A stretch of DNA of 21,054 nt from Ginkgo biloba (lineage: Eukaryota > Plantae > Ginkgophyta). The stretch covers positions 142,633,567 through 142,654,620 of the forward strand of contig JANKJI020000004.1 of NCBI GenBank assembly GCA_024626585.2, read 5' to 3'. The notes below the pieces were generated by a model, which was given only the letters and a program-made list of their open reading frames with translations, made no database searches and had not been told where the DNA came from. Positions 1 to 9,739 of the stretch are shown one piece after another. Position 1 is the first letter of the stretch, and every line of letters begins with the position of its first letter. Both the position numbers and the translations under genes were made by a program.

Positions 1-2072
1 ATCAAACCCAACATGAAAGACGTTCCACATAAAAACAATTTGATCTTCATGATTATAGTTTTGGAGGGAATACACAAATAAGGAAATATATCTTCACCAT
101 TATTCAAGGAAATGCGAGGCAATTGTTACCATAATTTTATAAAGAAATGCAAGCAACCAACCATTAAACCTTCTACTAGTGTAGGTCCACTATGATCTTC
201 TCACCTGTGTATTTCATAATTTTAGAGGAAGTGCATGCAAACAACTATACCTTCATCATCATGCAAGGACTTATAAACAATCAATCATTATCATGACAAA
301 ACTTTAAAGAGGTGGGTATCCTAATTTTGAAACCTATATGACCTTATCCAGAGTGAAGCCACTAAAAGGATTTTGACTTGAGGCTTGAGGGATTTTAGCA
401 CTTTAGAATGAACAGTCAATGTGGCCACGTATAAAGGGATTAGGGGAAAAACTAAAATAGCATTCAAATTCAGTTAAATATTTCACAAAAAATTGAAAAA
501 GAAAAAAAGTTAAACGTCAAATGACTGTTAAACACTCACTGTCATTATGACTTCTACCCATGATCATGGAGTTTCTTCTATATTTACATCGATTTATCCA
601 TCACAAATCCACCAAGCTCACCAATGCATTCCCATGGTCGCCTTTGAGAAATTGATCATAGCTTCCCATGCAACTTTGCTTCTAAAAATCAAACACACAT
701 TGTAAACCTAAGATATTGAAGCAACTTATTAAGAATTTATCGACAAATAATAAGAGTAACTTATTGGATGCTATGGAAAGAGCTAAAACCCATGAGACTA
801 AGTTCATCCTTGTAGAAATGTGAGTGCTTATAACAATTGAGAACATAATACAATATACACTTTATAGTTGATAAAACACCATGAATATGGTTTATACAAT
901 CTCTTATTTAAACATTGGAGTAATAACTTGGAGCTTTAGTACACATAAGCATATGCAAGTGGACAATCACATCACATTGACAGGATTTTTACTTGAGAAT
1001 TTCTATCATGCTTTGAATATTCCACACCCCCTAATTTTGTCTTAGGCTCTGCATTATAATATTCTAGTGCTTTACCAATATGCCTATATGAAAATTTGTT
1101 GAAAGGTAGCATTTCCACATATATTTAAAGTGGAAGTCTATGACAATTCAACTATTTATAAATCCACGCTTTGTATTGACGCTTTTAAAACTTTTTCCAT
1201 TCAACAACTTCTAGTAGAGTCATTTGTGAGACTCAATCAATAACAGACACCTGCAAATTAGATAGTTTATTCCCATATGCAAATTATCTTATAATTACAA
1301 AATGAAGATTTAAGTACACTTTATTAAAGAATAGAATGCGAGAAAGGGAAGAAGCTAGCACTTTAACTTGGGACCTTGCACCTGATGCTTGTGTCTATAT
1401 TATTGAAGGTTTTGTGACTTGAAAGCACACTTAAGTATTTTCATTATTGAGAAACACATTATAATCTCTCATTTGGAGCTAGAAGCTTTTGTTCATGAAC
1501 CACGCAAGCTAAGACACGATATTCTAATCTCTATCACCACTTTCTCATTCAGTTGGCAATCGTTGTTTTTAAGACCATAANNNNNNNNNNNNNNNNNNNN
1601 NNNNNNNNNNNNNNNNNNNNNNNNNNNNNNNNNNNNNNNNNNNNNNNNNNNNNNNNNNNNNNNNNNNNNNNNNNNNNNNNATTCTTCCGATCATAGCTAC
1701 AGCTTAAATTCTTTTGAGAATATCGCCTTCCGCTCGACCGTCGAAAAGGGGTGTGATGGCATTTTACTTCTATATATCGAATTTAAACTAACATTTTGGC
1801 TTTGGATTTCATTTAAGGGCTACATCGATCCGTTTTCTGATTCGGTGCATAATCCTATTTATGGTTTTTCACTGTAAATTATTTTTGATACAATAATTAC
1901 GTTTGGCATGCTGTTGTCATAGTGGAGTCCAGTAGGTGCACCCATATTTTTGCCTTTTTTTAATTACACATTTCCGAGTGTTTGCATGGTTAGCATTCAT
2001 GTTATTCAAGGAGTTTTGAATTGTAGTCGAGCCATTGAAATTCATTTGAAAGGAGGTGCCATGGAAGGGGTT

Positions 2073-2360
2073 AAGTTGCACTTTTTTAAGGAGGATTTTG
2101 GTCATGTGAAAATACATGGAGAGTTGAGGGAAAAATATTAATTTTTTCCCTAGAATTATGGTGCCCTTATTGTTTAGGAAGAATTTTATCTAATGATAGT
2201 TGGAGAAGGAGCAGCGGGTTTAGCAAGTTGCACTTTTTTAGGAGAATTTTGGTCATGTGAAAATACAAGGAGATTTGAGGGAAAAATATTGTTTTTACCC
2301 TAGAATTATGGTGCCCCTATTGTTTAGGAAGAATTCATCTAGTGGCCACTCGAGAAGGGG
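2073..2360. repeat. Two-copy direct tandem repeat, unit ~150 bp
   Basis: AAGTTGCACTTTTTTA..GGTCATGTGAAAATACA..GAGGGAAAAATATT..CCCTAGAATTATGGTGCCC.TATTGTTTAGGAAGAATT begins at 2073 and again at 2225. Confidence 0.9.
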
Positions 2361-2701
2361 GATTGGATTTAACAGCTATAATTTAGGAGTAGGAGATGAC
2401 AATTGGATTGCACTTATTGCATGGAACCCCTGTTCCATATTTTTGCTTTAATATTTTGCAATTTCTCTCTTCTACTCCTATCATTTCTCCTTGCTCAAGA
2501 AAATTTACCAATTCATTGGACCAAATTTTCTTCTAATGCAACACAAATGCTCTTAATAATTTTTTTTACAAAAACTGCTAAAAGAACACATAAGCCCCCT
2601 TCCATAGGACCTCTAGGTACGGCCATGAGAGCTGTGGTCTCCAAGGTATGTTCTCAACCCAAATTTGGGAGTTTATTCCAAATTTTCAATTGCCTGCTTA
2701 T

Positions 2702-2935
2702 CACGTGGAACTGCCCCCAAATTTGGGAGGTTGATTACAATCAATCGCGTGGACATGCGACTTCCAAACCCTCCCATGTGCCACGGCTCGTAGTTATTCA
2801 AGACAAGTCTGACCAACACTCAAAACACTTTCCTGCCTGTCTCATCTGTCTGTGTACCTGTCAACATCCTATTAAACTCAAACCTACACACAAACTAACA
2901 TAAATTTGGTTCCGCGTCCTCTGTGCACACACGTG
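2702..2935. promoter_or_regulatory. Two G-box (CACGTG) motifs upstream of the gene; possible ABRE/bHLH sites
   Basis: CACGTG occurs at 2702-2707 and 2930-2935, 1.5-1.7 kb upstream of the ATG, in a segment that retains CpG. Hexamers arise by chance, and the TSS is probably hidden in the gap at 3386-4217. Confidence 0.2.
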
Positions 2936-3385
2936 CTCTCCTCACTCAAATTAGTTGTATGCATCATCATATATTTATATTGCACCAAATCATCTTTAAT
3001 TATCTCACATGTCTATAGATACATTCGGGGCATACGCCTATGTGTGTGATTCGCATGTATGCGTGAAAATTCCTGTTTTCAAATGTGAATGCCGTCCTTA
3101 AATTCGTGGAAGTTTCATTTTTAGAAGTAAAACCCATGTCGAATATCAATGAAGTCATCACTATTGCTGGAAATAAAGCAGAATGTAATCCCTGCATTGG
3201 CCACATGAAATACCCATCCTAAATTTTTAACGAATTTGACATGGTGGATAAACAGTAAACTCGCTGCAGTTTTTAGTCTGTAAATACGAATCGTAAACGT
3301 CAATGACTTCTCTATCACTCAGAGCAACTAGGCATGAAGCAATGTGAAAACTGGGCAAAAATTTAACGAATAAATAATTCTGCTA

Positions 3386-4217
3386 NNNNNNNNNNNNNNN
3401 NNNNNNNNNNNNNNNNNNNNNNNNNNNNNNNNNNNNNNNNNNNNNNNNNNNNNNNNNNNNNNNNNNNNNNNNNNNNNNNNNNNNNNNNNNNNNNNNNNNN
3501 NNNNNNNNNNNNNNNNNNNNNNNNNNNNNNNNNNNNNNNNNNNNNNNNNNNNNNNNNNNNNNNNNNNNNNNNNNNNNNNNNNNNNNNNNNNNNNNNNNNN
3601 NNNNNNNNNNNNNNNNNNNNNNNNNNNNNNNNNNNNNNNNNNNNNNNNNNNNNNNNNNNNNNNNNNNNNNNNNNNNNNNNNNNNNNNNNNNNNNNNNNNN
3701 NNNNNNNNNNNNNNNNNNNNNNNNNNNNNNNNNNNNNNNNNNNNNNNNNNNNNNNNNNNNNNNNNNNNNNNNNNNNNNNNNNNNNNNNNNNNNNNNNNNN
3801 NNNNNNNNNNNNNNNNNNNNNNNNNNNNNNNNNNNNNNNNNNNNNNNNNNNNNNNNNNNNNNNNNNNNNNNNNNNNNNNNNNNNNNNNNNNNNNNNNNNN
3901 NNNNNNNNNNNNNNNNNNNNNNNNNNNNNNNNNNNNNNNNNNNNNNNNNNNNNNNNNNNNNNNNNNNNNNNNNNNNNNNNNNNNNNNNNNNNNNNNNNNN
4001 NNNNNNNNNNNNNNNNNNNNNNNNNNNNNNNNNNNNNNNNNNNNNNNNNNNNNNNNNNNNNNNNNNNNNNNNNNNNNNNNNNNNNNNNNNNNNNNNNNNN
4101 NNNNNNNNNNNNNNNNNNNNNNNNNNNNNNNNNNNNNNNNNNNNNNNNNNNNNNNNNNNNNNNNNNNNNNNNNNNNNNNNNNNNNNNNNNNNNNNNNNNN
4201 NNNNNNNNNNNNNNNNN
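3386..4217. other. Assembly gap just upstream of the gene (largest of many N gaps)
   Basis: This is a run of N. Exact 100-N gaps, typical of unknown-size placeholders, occur at 1581-1680, 6537-6636, 7804-7903, 9614-9713, 11027-11126, 15642-15741 and 18296-18395. Confidence 0.98.
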
Positions 4218-4388
4218 TATGGGAGTTTATCTTTTATCGGCATGTCTAAAGAGACTAGAATCCTGCAGTAGGCCTATATTGTGCATTTGGGTTAATGCAG
4301 AATTTGATAAGATCCATCAGGTAGGTTCAACGCATTAAGGTCTCTTGCTTTTCTAGACAAAAGCGAATAAAGTTTTGGAATATTAAGG

Positions 4389-4523
4389 ATGGGATCCAGC
4401 AGCAGTAGAAATGCAGTGGCACTTTCATCCAAGGAAGTGAAAGAAACACGAAGACCAGAGGGCAAACGTTTGTTTCATTCCAGATGTTTTGGTCCATTTG
4501 CAGACATCCCTGAAAAGAAATCG
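4389..4523 (+). CDS. Coding exon 1 of a putative RING-H2 E3 ubiquitin ligase (At5g45290-like)
   Basis: ATG at 4389 encodes MGSSSSRNAVALSSKEVKETRRPEGKRLFHSRCFGPFADIPEKKS. The MGSSSSR..R.F.S.C.G pattern matches the family N-terminus as recalled. A phase-0 donor TCG|GTGTGT at 4524 is in phase with the acceptor at 6840. Confidence 0.75.
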
Positions 4524-5829
4524 GTGTGTTTCTGTGAATCCTCGACTGTGTTTTTATTTGTTGTTCATATCTTCTAGATGATCTGTAAGACGCCGTCAAG
4601 ATTCCTGTCTTCTGACTATAAAATTTAACATTTAAAAAAAAACTTGACTAGAACACCTTGTAAGCACTGTCCCATACCATTAGCCAAATGGTTTAGGGAC
4701 ATATTTTTGGTCGTATGTTGCAATTTATGTGTTTCTGCTAATCCTCTGTTTGGGTTATATTTATTGTTTAATTCCTCAAGATGGTCTGCAAAGATGTCTT
4801 CAAGATCGTCTTTTCTCGTTGTGTCATTTGAAAAAATTGTATTCCCGAATCACAATTCAACACTTCCCCGGAGACATACAGCCAAAATATTTTGTTATGG
4901 TTTTGTGGCTTGATTTTGATTTTTATGCAGAAGTTTGTTGCGATTGGCAATTAGAGAGTCCAAATTGATTTTCCTTGAGAACAAGTTCGAGCTCCCTATT
5001 GTGTTTGAGGCCCAAGTTCTTATTTTAAGGATGCATCCTCCTGTTTTGCTATGGCCTATATTGTATACAATGGAAATAAACCGTGGAATGTGGAATTGAG
5101 GACTTAGTGGCAATTCCATTCAAGCCTCTGCACATGGAAGCAAATAGCAGAGCGAGGCTGGGTATTTGAGTGTCCCCATTGTGAGTTGCCATGCAAGAAT
5201 GGACATGTTCATTGCAATAGAAAGAATAGCATTTTAAAATTTTTGAAAATCAAAATGATTTTTAAGAAACAAGCTCTGTGGATGATTCTGGGCCTTGCAA
5301 TACATACTTTTTATTGTAAATATGATCTCATCAGATGGGAAAATTTTCAAAGATATACAATAAGGTAGGGTGGAGTTAACAAACAGAGAATATCTACTTC
5401 CTTGACATATACATCAGATACAAAAAAATACAGTTCCCTAGGCANNNNNNNNNNGTTTATAATAGTATCAGCAAAAAAGCCCAAGGGTAGAAGTCACCAA
5501 CTACAATGCTCAGGGGCAAACAAAGAAAGTTCAAGCCCCAAGGGTGTAGGAACTGCATGCATAAAGCACAAATAATCAAGTTGAGGGAACCACTCACAGA
5601 GTGAAAGGAGGAAGGAGACAAGGATCATCGACACATGAAAAAGAAAAAGAAAAAAAAAGTCTTGTTCTTCTTGTTGTCGTTGATCTATGGTTTAATCCAC
5701 CCATCCCTTTTAGGGGATATAGCCATAGGGAGAGGGCACCTTGTCATTCTTGAAGGAGAAAGNNNNNNNNNNNNNNNNNNNNNNNNNNNNNNNNNNNNNN
5801 NNNNNNNNNNNNNNNNNNNNNNNNNTTTT

Positions 5830-6150
5830 ACAATTCCTTTGTCTTTGCAAACAGTCCCTTTGGGTATCCTCCTTGGCGCTGTTTAGGGGCACTTGACTAA
5901 TAGTACATGGTGCATTTCCCCGATGCTCAATTAACTCCATTAAATAGAAGAGTCCCACGTGCACTCTCCTTGCTTGATTTTGTATCTGCATAGCACAATT
6001 GACAATAAGTAGTGCACACATGGTAGATATTGAATAAGGAGGCCTTTCCTTCCCAAAAGAAATTGCATTCCTTAGTTTCCAAATATAATACAGGACTTCC
6101 ACTCTCAAATGTGCCAAGTAGAATGATAGTTGGAGAGATGCAACCATTAT
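5830..6150 (-). mobile_element. Degenerate LINE (L1-like) ORF2 3' remnant in intron 1
   Basis: The minus-strand translation VLYYIWKLRNAISFG (~6052-6096) resembles the W.IW..RN...F motif that follows the zf-RVT region of plant L1 ORF2. Boundaries are approximate. Confidence 0.45.
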
Positions 6151-6506
6151 TCTTTATCTGACTCACTATCCTCACTCTGATCCTACTATGGGTGTTTTGA
6201 GAATTTATTGGGCATTGGTTGCACCATGACCTGTGGTTCTATGGAGATGATTGTTTTTGTAGATTTACATAGGCGGAAAGGATCAATTTATGAGGATCCA
6301 CCAAGGATGATACTGGCAGAATCTCAAATGGATGATATTAGGGCAGCATCATTGGGTAATTATGTTTTTCGCTGGATGTTAGGGTATCATCTAACATACA
6401 ATTCTTTTGAGTCTTGCATGGTATGGCCATGCTTTATAAGCCCAATACTTTGAGTCATACTCCAGGTTGATCTCAAGATAGGATGGATTACTTGTTGCAC
6501 TAATAA

Positions 6507-6687
6507 TGTGGAATCACATCAATAGACACCTAATTTNNNNNNNNNNNNNNNNNNNNNNNNNNNNNNNNNNNNNNNNNNNNNNNNNNNNNNNNNNNNNNNN
6601 NNNNNNNNNNNNNNNNNNNNNNNNNNNNNNNNNNNNTTATTTGGTATTAAAATAATTACCATATAGAGAATAATATCATCTCCTATA
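6507..6687 (-). mobile_element. LTR fragment or solo LTR, same family as 20827-21054
   Basis: TGTGGAATCACATCAATAGACACCTAATT at 6507 matches 20827 (28 of 29 nt). The interior is hidden by the gap at 6537-6636. The far end (..ATCATCTCCTATA at 6687) is tentative and no TSD was found. Confidence 0.55.
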
Positions 6688-6840
6688 AGTTAATAGAGAG
6701 CTAGAATTTTAGTGCATTAGAGTACACATGGAGTGTAGAGTAGATTATACCCTTATATTTTTCTCAATGATTCTTCAATTCAGGAAATTGTTTTCTTGCA
6801 ATTATAGATTTGTTATTAGTGGCTTACTGTGCATATTCAG

Positions 6841-7300
6841 ATTTCTCCAACTCAGGAGAGAAACTGTGGAAGCCCTGCAGCTGCAGCAACTACAGATCAG
6901 GTTCAAAGAGAGACCAATCAAGAGAAGCATACAATCACTGAGAATGCAAAGACTCCAGAAACATGCAACTTGCATGCATCCATACCTTCTATGGATTGCA
7001 ATGAAAGAAGCCGATGGAGACCTTTTCATCCAGTTTCTGATTCTAGTAGCAGCTCCAGTCAAGATAGTGTCATTCCAGCATTGGAACCTTCAAGCAGTCT
7101 TGCAAGTGGGTGTTCAAAGAAGGGCAAAGTGACTGGACACTTTGATGACAACTGCTGCTTTAATTGTTCCAGCAGCAATGGAGACCACTCTAATGTCCAA
7201 TTAAGACGGGCCACGAGTTTAGGGTCGTTGGAAGCTTACTCTGTCTTTGCAAGGAGACTCAGGTGTCAGCGCTCTAATGTTGATCAAAATCAAGGGTTTC
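6841..7300 (+). CDS. Coding exon 2, 5' part (Ser-rich disordered region) of the RING-H2 E3 ligase gene
   Basis: Acceptor TTCAG|ATT at 6840/6841, phase 0. The frame is open: ISPTQERNCGSPAAAAT..SSSSSS..LRRATSLGSLEAYSV, resembling the family's R.A.SLGS motif. The 3' limit of intact sequence is approximate because it merges into the degenerate copy. Confidence 0.75.
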
Positions 7301-7737
7301 ATGTTGATTATTTAAGAAATAGAATTATTGCACAATATGTGCAAGAGAAAAAGTTTCTTACTAAATCTGAAAGAACACTTAGTCACCATAGAATTTGTTC
7401 AACTTGTATAAGGCCAAGACAATATTCATATCTTAGTTTTTATACATTAGAATGGAGTGCATCCTATGAATCTGCTAATGCCATACAAATAGAGAATATG
7501 GATCAACCACATGTTATGAATAACAATATTAATCAGAATATATTTACTATGAGGCATTCCTCATCATTGACAATAGAGGCTTAAGAAGCAAGACACATTC
7601 ATAGTAGGTCAGGGTCACCTGAACATGCTGAGGGGAATGTGAGTTTTAGAACTCATAGTGTTGGTTGGATTTGAGATAGAGTGCTTAGGAGAAAAATATC
7701 TAAAGTTTTATTTGGCACTCTATAAGGACATGCAATG
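7301..7737 (+). pseudogene. Degenerate, C-to-T-mutated in-frame copy of exon 2 sequence
   Basis: 7603-7737 aligns to 7906-8043 with 15 substitutions and one 3-bp indel. In-frame stops occur at TAA 7582, TGA 7672 (CGA in the intact copy) and TAA 7723 (CAA in the intact copy). There is no CpG between 7272 and 7782. The 5' boundary is inferred. Confidence 0.8.
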
Positions 7738-7903
7738 TGAAAATATTTTATTGAGAAAAATAGAGATTTCTCAGTTGAATTACGATAAAACAACCCAAGA
7801 TATNNNNNNNNNNNNNNNNNNNNNNNNNNNNNNNNNNNNNNNNNNNNNNNNNNNNNNNNNNNNNNNNNNNNNNNNNNNNNNNNNNNNNNNNNNNNNNNNN
7901 NNN

Positions 7904-8298
7904 AGAGCAGGTCAGGGGCACCTGAACATGCTGAGGGGAATGTGAGTTTCAGAAGAACTCATAGTGTTGGTCGGATTCGAGATAGAGTGCTCAGGAGAAC
8001 AACATCTGAAGTCTTATTTGGCATGCCACAAGGAGATGCAATGGGCAGAGAAATGAGGCAACATAATGGGAGAAGGTTTTGGGATGCTTTAAGTAGGGCT
8101 TCTTCACTTCGAGAAGTTGGAACACCAGCAACAGCTGGACAGTATCAGTTTTTTCGTACTCTTAGGTCTATGAATGACAACCGGAGGCACCGGGAGGAGA
8201 GATTCCAAATGAATGGGCATACACCTACTAACAATGGCAACTTTGTGGAAAACAGAAGTCTATACTTGGAGGAACGGAGACGGAGGGCTAGATCTCAG
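7904..8298 (+). CDS. Coding exon 2, 3' part of the RING-H2 E3 ligase gene
   Basis: The frame from 7906 reads SRSGAPEHAEGNVSFRRTHSVGRIRDRVLRRTTSE..RRFWDALSRASS..LEERRRRARSQ. Donor CAG|GTTTGT at 8299, phase 0. The 5' side is truncated by the gap. Confidence 0.88.
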
Positions 8299-8392
8299 GT
8301 TTGTTGCACTATCATAGTGATTTCTTCTGCAGTGCAGTAATGTACAGTGGAGAAAATGATTGTTCTTTGTTGTTGTATTTCTTTCAATACAG

Positions 8393-8575
8393 GTCCGTGC
8401 ATTGCAACGCCTTAGCCATAGCTTTGAAAACTTAGCTGGCCATGAAAGATCCTGTATTTTCGCTGGTGACCATCATACAGGGCACTGTACTTGCCAAAAT
8501 ATAGGAAGGACGGATGAATCAAATACTAGGGCAAGCATCTCAAGGATTATTATGTTGGCAGAGGCTATGTTTGAG
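8393..8575 (+). CDS. Coding exon 3 of the RING-H2 E3 ligase gene
   Basis: A 94-nt GT..AG intron (8299-8392) with a U-rich tract precedes it. The 183 nt encode VRALQRLSHSFENLAGHERSCIFAGDHHTGHCTCQNIGRTDESNTRASISRIIMLAEAMFE. Donor GAG|GTACAA. Confidence 0.92.
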
Positions 8576-8700
8576 GTACAAAATGTTGCTTTAGGTTGTT
8601 ATTTCTCAGAAGCATCACAGAAGTAGCAGTATTGTGAAGACCTACAATTTGACAGATCGCTGAAAACTATACTGAGAAGCTATTTTGTATTTTGAGTCAG

Positions 8701-8855
8701 GTTTTGGATGAAATTCACAGTCAGTCTATGGCTTTGTCTTCCCAACCCTCAGCTGTCTCTCTTGGATCATTCCCTGCTCCTGATTATGTTGTTGAGTCCA
8801 TGCCAGTGCGGATATATGCTGAACAGGAAATTATTGGGAGTGAGGAAGCTGCACA
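8701..8855 (+). CDS. Coding exon 4 of the RING-H2 E3 ligase gene (segment immediately before the RING domain)
   Basis: A 125-nt intron (8576-8700) ends in TCAG. The exon encodes VLDEIHSQSMALSSQPSAVSLGSFPAPDYVVESMPVRIYAEQEIIGSEEAAQ. The strong phase-2 donor CA|GTAAGT is at 8856. The PAP..VVES.P motif typically precedes RING-H2 domains. This frame is absent from the ORF track. Confidence 0.92.
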
Positions 8856-9410
8856 GTAAGTTATCTACTCTTTTATTGGTCAAGGGATTTGAAGGTGGTG
8901 AAACATTAGTGCAATAGTACTGCTAAAATCCATTTTAACGGAGAAAATTTATTAGAATTTATGCAAATAATGGTCAACATACCTTCTAGCTCATTCTCTT
9001 CTGGAAATTCATTTTGATAAGCATTGTCAACTCCATGTACAATAAAATGCACTGGTCACCTGGGTTGGCTTTCACTACTGACATCCAGGGTCTGTGGTCT
9101 CAAGCTCTTTCTTCACTACTTAGATCATTTGATTTCTGTCCTATGGATACTATTATTGTTCTAATAAAAGAAGGGACTCAATTTTATGCAAATATCTAAC
9201 TATTTAGCAATATCTAAATACTGTTATTGTTGGTTTATGAGAGCAAAAAGGTTGGCTGCAAAGCCACTTTTAGTACAAGATGACAACCATTTCATGATAG
9301 GGTATGGTTCCATCATTATGGGTATTTTAAACACCAATCACCCATTAACTCCTCATGCATATGTGCTTGTTTCCAAGGCCATAAGAATTTCAATTACCAA
9401 TTGTTGAATG

Positions 9411-9600
9411 TGTAACAATCCCTCTCTACGAAACCTGTAAAAACATATGCTTCAACCTTGCAAATAATATGCTAAAATGAAGAGTACAATAAGGTGACTT
9501 GGGTAAAGTAAACAAAATTGAAATATAATTAAAATTATGCAGTGCATACAAAACATATTATTATTTATGCTAATTAATCCAAACAGAAAAGATTTATACT
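9411..9600. mobile_element. LTR-terminal fragment; family also present at 12797
   Basis: It starts TGTAACAATCC. CCTTGCAAATAATATGCTAAAATGAAGAGTAC (9456-9487) is identical to 12842-12873, and CATACAAAACATAT..TTATTTATG is also shared. Confidence 0.6.
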
Positions 9601-9739
9601 AGTGTACAAGTTTNNNNNNNNNNNNNNNNNNNNNNNNNNNNNNNNNNNNNNNNNNNNNNNNNNNNNNNNNNNNNNNNNNNNNNNNNNNNNNNNNNNNNNN
9701 NNNNNNNNNNNNNCTTCCAACTAGTTGGACACTCATTGG

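Noticed and set aside
1-1580. Possible DNA transposon remnant
   Set aside because: The region is AT-rich and decayed, and I could not identify a transposase motif, TIR pair or TSD.
2403-2903. 166-aa ORF
   Set aside because: It has a non-ATG start, no recognisable motif and a composition typical of non-coding DNA.
3383-4243. 286-aa ORF and other X-filled ORFs (e.g. 19693-20124)
   Set aside because: These are artefacts of reading through N gaps.
4321-4356. Possible 5'UTR intron (CAG|GTAGGT..TTCTAG)
   Set aside because: At 36 nt it is too short. The AG may serve a longer upstream intron, but this cannot be shown because of the gap.
4931-4968. Possible extra exon after TTTTATGCAG at 4930
   Set aside because: The phase-0 reading hits TAG after 7 codons, and exon 1 already joins 6841 in frame.
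6829-7584. 251-aa ORF as a stand-alone gene
   Set aside because: It starts at a GTG inside the splice acceptor, is exon 2 of the spliced gene, and its stop lies in the degenerate copy.
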